Shown here in pieces: positions 1 through 9,351 of a stretch of 64,000 bases of DNA (its first letter is position 1; every line of letters starts with the position of its first letter). The stretch comes from Amphiscolops sp. MND2022. Taxonomy: Eukaryota. Both the position numbers and the translations under genes were made by a program. The notes beneath the pieces are model-generated. The model did not search any database. It saw nothing but the letters and a program-made list of their open reading frames with translations, and was not told the DNA's origin. Location of the stretch: the NCBI GenBank assembly GCA_964187785.1, contig OZ076409.1, positions 70,496,001-70,560,000 of the forward strand, read 5' to 3'.

Positions 1-51
1 TTTTTATTAGGTCTCATTATGGAAGCTGAAACCTCACGTTTTAACTTGATT

Positions 52-173
52 AACGTCAACGCCACATACTTTACATCAACGCCCACCGTCTGTGGGCATG
101 CCGAGGCATGCCCTTCGACGACGTATACCAAACAACCTCCATATCTACACCCACCCGCGGTAGCAGCTAGGTG
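52..173 (+). other. Conserved unit-end/junction module (representative copy; 32 copies in window)
   Basis: TCAACGCC at 56 and 76; palindrome GGGCATGCC-GA-GGCATGCCC at 94-113; TTCGACGACGTAT; variable tail; CTAGGTG at 167-173. The same order recurs at every junction. Confidence 0.95.
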
Positions 174-203
174 CGGGGGGGTAACCCCAACTTTTTTCTT
201 GGA

Positions 204-227
204 GGAATCGGGTAGGGTCCTGATTCC
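204..227 (+). other. 5' subterminal hairpin with TAGGGT loop (representative copy)
   Basis: GGAATCGGG-TAGGGT-CCTGATTCC here versus GGATTCGGG-TAGGGT-CCTGAATCC in other A units, a compensatory A-T/T-A swap. Confidence 0.85.
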
Positions 228-1702
228 GAGTTCAGTGCCGCCAGCTATCGTTAAAAACCCATACCTTTTAAACCCGATCTCGGGAACTAACCACGCCCCT
301 TCTTTAATTTTTTGGCCCCCACTCACTTTTTGAGAGTAGATCGCCCCCCATTGGGTTCGATGTTGGGCAAAAATGGAGATCATGGGTAACGGGGACCGTT
401 AAGGGGTAACTCAGGGGGTAAAATTTATTTTTTGCGTCATATCTTTTCCCCCCGTGGATTTAGCGTTTCCGGTCAGCAGACAAAACCTCATGTACGTGAT
501 ACGGGGCCTCCATAGGTCCAAACAAAATTTTTCTATCATGCACCGTTACGGACTTGGCCCCCCGGCCCAACCGTTATTTTACCGGAAATTGCACTTTTTG
601 ACCGGGAAGGAGTCGTCTGAGCACGGAGTCGTTTGGTAATGTTTTGTAGTGCATCTGGAGACGTGTTGGGGGACATGTAGTTTGCCGGCCCCAGTTTACC
701 CCCCGTACGGGAAATGACCGTTATGTGAGTTTTAAAACTACCCCCCTTCAATTTTCCCCGTTATTTCCGGTGTGAAGGAGTGGGAGTAGCGCGTCGGGTA
801 CCATATATCAAAAGTAGGTTTAGACAAGGACCAACCGGAAACTTGTTGTTTGGGACCCCCTGACCCAACCCATTAGCCGTTATAAGGGTGATCGCCTCCT
901 TTTTTTACTCTCAAAACCGGAAATGGGCATTGAGGGGTAAATATCTCGTGAACGCGTGGAGCAATCGTGTCCATCACTACTACAAGGTTTCATACCCATG
1001 ATATGGTGCCTTCAGGTGGGCAAACAGATTACCGCTATCTATCACCGTTACCGACTTGGCCCCCCAGCCTAACCGCTATGTGACCGGAAATTGCACTTTT
1101 TGAGCCCAAAGGGTCGATCCTAGCCGGGCAACGTTAGGTAACTTATTGTAGTACTCATTGAAACGAGTTGGGGGACATAGTTTCAGTCACCACCCGTTAC
1201 CTCTTAGGACCGGAAATGACCGTTATGAGGGTAAAATTGCAATTTTTATACATTTTGAAGGGCATTTAGGTGCGGAAGGAATGGTAATAGGTGCTTGGAC
1301 ACTATATGATGTAATGGAGGTCGTGAGGAGAGCATTCGGAAGTAACCGTTACGTTGACCCCAAAGTCCCCCTGGTACCGTTAACAACCGGAAATGGCCAA
1401 ATTTTGTGTTTATAGGGTACAAATGTTTGGTATTTTATGGATGAAAGTACCTGGAAGGTGTTTTAAAGGCCTCCAGAAGTGAACATAGTCATGAAACTTT
1501 GTGGGGGGTAACGGTATATAGCACCGGAAGTCCAAACCGTTGGTCACAGAATAGGTTTTTTGGTTTCAAAATGTCTTTAGGCGTAGTTTTGTGGGTTGAA
1601 TCGTCATAATATCAACTAATACGGACTTTTTTCGGAAATAAAATTTTTTCACATTAGTTTCAGGGACCTCCAATGTTTCAGTCAACATAACCGTTACATT
1701 TT

Positions 1703-1746
1703 GATAGCCTTTCAAGTTGGCCTGGTGTCAACTTGGAAGGGCTATC
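1703..1746 (+). other. A-family subterminal long hairpin (representative copy, one per A unit)
   Basis: GATAGCC-TTTCAAGTTG-GCCTGGTGT-CAACTTGGAA-G-GGCTATC: an imperfect inverted repeat about 400-420 nt before the unit end, nearly invariant across A units. Confidence 0.85.
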
Positions 1747-4700
1747 CTTCTAAAATCGTTAATCAAGAGTGTTTTTGGATAGATATATGTTGCATTAGTA
1801 CCAATTAGAGCTTCATCAACAGTTTGCCAACGGCAAAACAATGTCGTGATAATTCCGTTATAAGAATATTAATTAACAAATTGTTTCCAAAGTTGATTTT
1901 TTCCATTCGAAATGTGTCCTAATGTCACCAAATTGAATAAAATAATAAATGGTATTGACTAAACCTAAATAACATTGAAAAAGAAGCTCAACATTTTTAA
2001 TAGGTCTCATTATGGAAGCTGAAACCTCACGTTTTAACTTAATTAACGTCAACGCCACATACTTTACATCAACGCCCACCGTCTGTGGGCATGCCGAGGC
2101 ATGCCCTTCGACGACGTATACCAATTACATATATATCTACACCCACCCGCGGTAGCAGCTAGGTGCGGGGGGGTAACCCCAACAAAATTTTTGGAGGATT
2201 CGGGTAGGGTCCTGAATCCGATTTCAACTCTAATAGCTATCGATAGGAAATCTTGCAAAAATTTCGGGATCTCGTGATCTAACCATAGGATTTTAAAGTT
2301 GGAGCGGCCCCCACCAGATTTTCCGAAAATTAGCGCCCCCCACCGGGTTCCATACCCCGGAAAATTTTTTTCTGGCAACACGGGCGACCGTTAGGGGGTC
2401 ATTTTAGGGGTAAAATTCATATTGGTCCATATAACTTTTTTCCTGTTGATTTAAAAGTTTGGGAACCCTACTAAAGGTTTTTTGACCATGTTGCAAGGGC
2501 TCCGGAGGTGCAAACCAAATTTTTCTATCTTGAAGCTATCTCCAAGTACCCCCCCGCTCAAACCGTTATTTTTCCGGAAACGCAGGTTTTTGACCCGGAA
2601 GGAGTCGTCTGAGCGCGGGGTCGTTAGGTGATGTATTGGGGACGGCCTTGAGACGAAGTGGGGGACATGCAGTTTGCCAACCTCAGTTTACCCCCCGGAC
2701 GGGAAATGACCGTTATATGAGCGGGAAAAATGCCCCCCTCCACGTTTTACCGCTATTTCCGGTGTGAAGGAGTGGGAGTAGCGCGTCGGGTGCCATATAT
2801 CAAAAGTAGGTTTAAACAAAGACCTATCGGAAACATGTGGTTTGGGACCCCCTGGACCAACCCGTTAGCGGAAAATGGGGCTTCCGCCTCCTTTTTTTAC
2901 GGTTAAAAACGGAAAATGGGCATTGAGGGGTAAATATCTCGTGAACGCGTGGAGCTACGGTGTCCTTCACTACTACCAGGTTTCATACCCATGATATGGT
3001 GCCTTCAGGGGGGCAAACAGATTTCCGCTATCTATCACCGTTACGGACTTGGCCCCCCAGCCTAACCGTTAAGTGACCGGAAATGTCACTTTTTGAGCCC
3101 AAAGGGTCGGTCCCAGCTAGGGAACGTTAGGTAACTTATTGTAGTACTCATTGAGATGAGTTGGGGGACATAGTTTCAGTCACCCCCCGTTACCTCTTAA
3201 GACCGGAAATGACCGTTATGTGAGTAAATTTGCCGTTTTTGTCCTATTTGAAGGGCATTTAGATGCGGAAGGAGTGGTAATCGGTGCTTGGACACTATAT
3301 GAGGTAAGGGAGGATATGAGGCGAGCATTCGGAAATAACCGTTATGTTGACCCCAAAGTCCCCCTGGTACCGTAAACGACCGGAAATGGTCAAATTTTCT
3401 GTTTATAGGGTACAAATGTTTGGTATTTTGTAGATAAAAGTATCTATTAGGTGTTTCGACGGTCTGCAGTAGTGAACATAGTCATGAAACCTTGTGGGGG
3501 GTAACGGTATATAGCACCGGAAGTCCAAACCGTTGGAGACAGGATAAGTTTTTTGGTTTTAAAATGTCTTTCGGCGTACTTTTGTCGACTATTAAGGACT
3601 ACTTTTAAAAATTAAAGTTTTTCCATATAGTTTTAGAGACTCCGAAACCTCAACCAACATAACCGTTACATCATGATAGCCTTTCAAGTTGGCCTGGTGT
3701 CAACTTGGAAGGGCTATCCTTCAAAAATCGTCAATCAAGTGTGTTTTTGGGTATGTTTGTATCATTTTAGAATCAAATAGAGCTTGAAGAAAAGTTTGCC
3801 AAAGACAAAAACTATGTCGTGATGATTCCGTTATTTGAATAATAGTTAGCAAATTGTTGAGAAAATTGATTTTTTCCATATAAAATGTGTCCTAATTGCC
3901 AGGAAACCTATTTAACTAACAAATGGTATTGATTGGAATGTATGTAACAGAGTTATAAAAGTTCAAATTGATTATTACGTTTCATTATGGAAGCTGAAAC
4001 GTAATATTTTAGTTTAATTAACGTCAACGCCACACACTTTACATCAACGCCCACCGTCTGTGGGCATGCCGAGGCATGCCCTTCGACGACGTATGGCAAA
4101 TCCCTTCTAACGACGCCCGTACATCCCGGGCTAGGTGCGGGGGGGAAACCCCATCCCTTATCTTGGAGGATTCGGGTAGGGTCCTGAATCCGAGTTCAGT
4201 GCCGCCAGCTCTCAGTAGAAATCTGGGAAATTTTTTGCGATCTCGTGATCTAACCATAGGATTTTAAAGTTGGAGCGGCCCCCACCAGATTTTCCAAAGT
4301 TATTCGCCCCCCACCGGGTTCCAGCGTGATTGAAATATTCTGACGGGGTACACGGGCGACCGTTAGGGGTCATTTTAGGGGTAAAATTTATAAAAGTTCG
4401 CATAACTTTTTTCCTGTTGGTTTAAAACTTTAGGACCCTGCTAAAAGTTTCTTGACCATGTTGCAGGGGCCCCGGAGGTCCAAACCAAATTTTTCTATCT
4501 TGAAGCTATCTCCAAGTACCCCCCCGCCCAAACCGTTATTTTTCCAGAAACGCCGGTTTTTGACCCGGAAGGAGTCGTCTGAGCGCGGGATCGTTAGGTG
4601 ATGTTTTGGGGACGGCCTCGAGACGAAGCGGGGGATATATAGTTTGCCGACCCCAGTTTACCCCCCGCACGGGAAATGACCGTTATATGAGCGGGAAAAA

Positions 4701-7700
4701 TGCCCCCCTCCACGTTTTACCGCTATTTCCGGTGTGAAGGAGTGGGAGTAGCGCGTCGGGTGTTATATAACAAAAGTAGGTTTAGACAAGGACCTATCGG
4801 AAACATGTAGTTTGGGACCCCCTGGACCAACCCGTTAGCGGGAAATGGGGCTTCCGCCTCCTTTTTTTACTGCTAAAACCGTAAAATGGGCATTGAGGGG
4901 TAAATATCTCGTGAACGCGTGGAGCAATCGTGTCCATCACTACTACAAGGTTTCATACCCATGATATGGTGCCTTCAGGGGGGCAAACAGATTTCCGCTA
5001 TCTATCACCGTTACCGACTTGGCCCCCCAGCCTAACCGCTATGTGACCGGAAATGTCACTTTTTGAGCCCAAAGGGTCGGTCCCAGCCGGGGAACGTTAG
5101 GTAACTTATTGTAGTACTCAATGAGACGAGTTGGGGGACATAGTTTCAGTCACCCCCCGTTACCCCTTGGGACCGGAAATGACCGTTAAGTGGGTAAAAT
5201 TGCATTATTTATACTTTTTCAAGTGTATTTAGGTGCGGAAGGAGTGGTAATAGGTGCTTGGACACTATATGAGGTAAGGGAGGACGTGAGGCGAGCATTC
5301 GGAAATAACCGTTATGTTGACCCTAAAGTCCCCCTGGTACCGTAAACGACCGGAAATGGTCAAATTTTGTGTCTATTGGGTACAAATGTTTAGTATTTTG
5401 TAGATAAAAGTATCTATTAGGTGTTTCGACGGTCTGCAATAGTGAACATAGTCATGAAACCTTGTGGGGGGTAACGGGGTATATAGCGCCGGAAGTCCAA
5501 ACCGTTGGACACAGGATAGGTTTTTGGTTTGAAAATGTCTTTCGGCGTACTTTTGTCGACTATTATGGACTATTATTAAAAATTAAAGTTTTTCCATATA
5601 GTTTCAGAGACTCCGAAACCTCAACCAACATAACCGTTACATTTTGATAGCCTTTCAAGTTGGCCTGGTGTCAACTTGGAAGCGCTATCCTTCTGAAATC
5701 GTTAATCAAGAGTGTTTTTGGGTAGGTATATATTGTATTAGTACCAATTAGAGCTTCATCAACAGTGTATCAACGACAAAAACTATGCCGTCATGATTCC
5801 GTTATTAGAATCATAGTGAGCAAATTGTTGAAAAAATGGTTTTTTCCATACAAAATGTGTCCTAAATGCCAGGAAACCTATTTACCTAACAAATGATATT
5901 ATTGGAATGTATGTAACAGATTTATAAAAGTTCAAATTGAATATTACATTTCATTATGGAAGCTGAAACGTCATATTTTAGTTTAATTAACGTCAACGCC
6001 ACGCACTTTACATCAACGCACACCGTCTGTGGGCATGCCGAGGCATGCCCTTCGACGACGTATGACAAATCCTTATCAAACGACGCCCGTACATCCCGGG
6101 CTAGGTGCGGGGGGGTAACCCCAACAAAATTTTTGGAGGATTCGGGTAGGGTCCTGAATCCGAGTTCAGTGCTGCCAGCTTTCGTTAAGAAAATTTGGAT
6201 AGGATTCGGGATCTCGTGATCTAACCATAGGATTTTAAAGTTGGAGCGGCCCCCACCAGATTTTCCGAAAATTAGCGCCCCCCACCGGGTTCCATACCCC
6301 GGAAAATTTTTTTCTGGCCACACGGGCGACCGTTAGGGGGTCATTTTAGGGGTAAAATTCATATTGGGCCACATAACTTTTTTTCTGTTGATTTAAAACT
6401 TTGGGACCCTGCTAAAAGTTTCTTGACCGTGTTGCAGGGGCCCCGGAGGTCCAAACCAAATTTTTCTATCTTGAAGCTATCTCCAAGTACCCCCCCGCCC
6501 AAAACGTTATTTTTCCGGAAACGCAGGTTTTTGACCCGGAAGGAGTCCTCGGAGCGCGGGGTCGTTAGGTGATGTATTGGGGACGGCCTTGAGACGAAGT
6601 GGGGGACATGCAGTTTGCCAGCCCCAGTTTACCCCCCGGACGGGAAATGACCGTTATATGAGCGGGAAAAATGCCCCCCTCCACGTTTTACCGCTATTTC
6701 CGGTGTGAAGGAGTGGGAGTAGCGCGTCGGGTGCCATATATCAAAAGTAGGTTTAGACAAGGACCTATCGGAAACATGTAGTTTTGGACCCCCTGGTCCA
6801 ACCCGTTGGCAGGAAATGGGGCTTCCGCCTCCTTTTTTAACTGCTAAAACCGTAAAATGGGCATTGAGGGGTAAATATCTCGTGAACGCGTGGAGCTACA
6901 GTGTCCATCACTACTACAAGGTTTCATACCCATGATATGGTGCCTTCAGGGGGGCAAACAGATTTCCGCTATCTATCGCCGTTACCGACTTGGCCCCCCA
7001 GCCTAACCGCTATGTGACCGGAAATGTCACTTTTTGAGCCCAAAGGGTCGGTCCCAGACGGGGAACGTTAGGTAACTTATTGTAGTACTCAATGAGACGA
7101 ATTTGGGGATATAGTTTCAGTCACCCCCCATTACCCCTTGGGACCGGAAATGACCGTTATGTGGGTAAAATTGCAATTTTTATACTTTTTCAAGTGTATT
7201 TAGGTGCGGAAGGAGCGGTAATAGGTGCTTGGACACTATATGAGGTAAGGGAGGATATGAGGCGAGCTTTCGGAATTAACCGTTATGCTGACCCTAAAGA
7301 CCCCCTGGTACCGGAAGTGACCGGAAATTATCAAATTTTGTGTTTAAAGGGTACAAATGTTTGGTATTTTATGGATAAAAGTACCTATTAGGTGTTTCGA
7401 CGGTCTGCAGTTGTGAACATGGTCATGAAACCTTGTGGGGGGTAACGGTATATAGCACCGGAAGTGCAAACCGTTGGAGACAGGATAAGTTTTTTGGTTT
7501 TAAAATGTCTTTCGGCCTACTTTTGTTGACTATTAGGGACTATTTTTGAAAAATACAGTTTTTCCATATAATTTCAGAGACTCCGAAACCTCAACCAACA
7601 TAACCGTTACCTTATGATAGCCTTTCAAGTTGGCCTGGTGTCAACTTGGAAGGGCTATCCTTCAAAAATCATTAATCAAGTGTGTTTTTGAGTATGTTTG

Positions 7701-8079
7701 TATTACATTAGAATCAATTAGAGCTTCAAGAAAAGTTTGCCAACGACAAAAACTATGTCGTGATGATTCCGTTATTAGAATACTTGTTAACAAAGTTTTA
7801 AAAACGTTGATTTTTTACATTTCAAATGTGTCCTAAATGCCAGAAAACCTCTTTACCAAACAAATGGTATTGATTGAATTGTATATAACAGCTAATAAAA
7901 GTTCAAACTGAATATTACGTTTCATTTTGGAAGCTGAAACGTCATTTTATAGTTTCATTAACGTCAACGCCACATACTTTACATCAACGCCCACCGTCCG
8001 TAGGCATGCCGAGGCATGCCTTTCGACGACGTATACCAAATTCCTTTAACACAACACCCTCGAGCGCGGTAGCAGCTAG

Positions 8080-9351
8080 GTGCCGGGATTTCTATTCGAT
8101 AAGGTATTTTGCGCGGTTGGGTAGGGCCCCGTGAGCGCGCCAGGGGATAGTGTTAGAACAACAAGGATTTGGGCATCAGTTGGGAGCGATTTTCTAAACT
8201 ATCCGTACGATTTTGCTGAAATTTGGCACGAAGCTTCCTTGGAACATTCTAAGAACAAATCCCTACTGGCGTTTTGCTGGGAAAAATCAAAAAGTTGGTC
8301 AAAAATGCGATTTTCCGACAAAATTTTGGGGTAAAATTTTTTTGAAACGTTATATCTCGCCACAGGGTCACGCTAGCGCCTCGCAACCTATGATCGTGTT
8401 TTGTTGGGCGTTGTCTGTAGAACACGTATGCCAAATTTGGTGGCGATCGGACTTAAACTCAGGGAGATATAGCGATTTTTTAGGTGCATTTTTTGACATT
8501 TTTTGCATTTGCCGATTTATCTCTGCCGTTTTTGCCCAAATTTTTTTTGAGACACTCTCCTAAAGACCTCCCCTGGCCGGTTTACCTCCCAGAAAAACCA
8601 TTTGGCCCTAAATACGAAGTTTCAGCGTTCTAGCAATCCCGGGCGAAAAGTTATGGGACTTAGAAAATTTTTTTCGAAAACGCAAAATGTGTAAAGTCAA
8701 CTTCAGACCTCCCAAAGTCAAGGAACTTCCACACAACTAGTATTGCAAGTGAATGCATGTGGAAAGTACTCGAATAGACGAGGAAAATGAGCTCTAGAAC
8801 GACTCTGTATCTTAACCTGACGTTGACTTATGGTGTTTTGAATGTGGGCTTCCTGAGGGTTCTGAAAAGCAAAAATTGAAAATGGAAACTAAGTCCTATT
8901 GAAAACTCACCGGAATCCTTGCAATCGACCCCAGAACGTGCTCAATTGTAGTTTCCTAATCTATCAACGCCATTCAAGGTCTTTTGACTAATGTTGAAAA
9001 AATTGACACCGTATTATGTATCATTCATTCGATGGCACGAAACAGTTGAGTACATTCCATCTCCCTTTCGGGGGAGATGAGAATGTACTCGCTAAAGTCC
9101 AGGTACTACAGCCCATATTTCTTTTGATGCAACGCTCTTTATGCTAGTGCGCACAAGTATTATTCTTTTAATTGAATTTTCTTTTTAACTGCAGTTTGAC
9201 TTGGACTTGACATAAACTAAACGTTTTTGTCCCTACAACATACACATGACTAACGTCAACGCCCCATCCTTGCATCAACGCCCACCGTCCGTGGGCATGC
9301 CGAGGCATGCCCTTCGACGACGTATGCCCTCACAATCGCGGTAGCCGCTAG
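8080..9351 (+). mobile_element. Short-family unit, subfamily C (1272 bp)
   Basis: Starts GTGCCGGGATTTCTATTCG. The interior is unlike A but has short-family blocks (CCATTTGGCCCTAAATAC, ACGTTGACTTATG, GAGTACATT hairpin) and the same end module. Confidence 0.7.
9048..9090 (+). other. Short-family subterminal hairpin (representative copy, one in each of 12 short units)
   Basis: GAGTACATTC-CATCTCCC-TTTCGG-GGGAGATG-A-GAATGTACTC: 10+8 bp stems with one bulged A. The loop varies between subfamilies while the stems are kept. Confidence 0.88.

Larger units (their letters stand above)
171..8079 (+). mobile_element. Four A-family units (1992, 1972, 1970, 1975 bp); putative non-autonomous elements
   Basis: Each starts GTGCGGGGGG, is collinear with the others, and ends in the palindrome module plus CTAG. 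No conserved long ORF. Mobility is inferred from the precise shared termini. Confidence 0.7.

Noticed and set aside
160..180. Canonical Helitron call (5'-TC ... CTRR-3' inserted in AT)
   Set aside because: The 3' CTAG and upstream hairpin fit, but units begin with GTG rather than TC and the main palindrome is ~35-55 nt from the end. Only 'Helitron-like' is retained, as inference.
171..2162. TIR DNA transposon/MITE or LTR element
   Set aside because: No terminal inverted repeats, no variable target-site duplications, no TG..CA LTR pair with PBS/PPT, and no poly(A) tails at unit ends.
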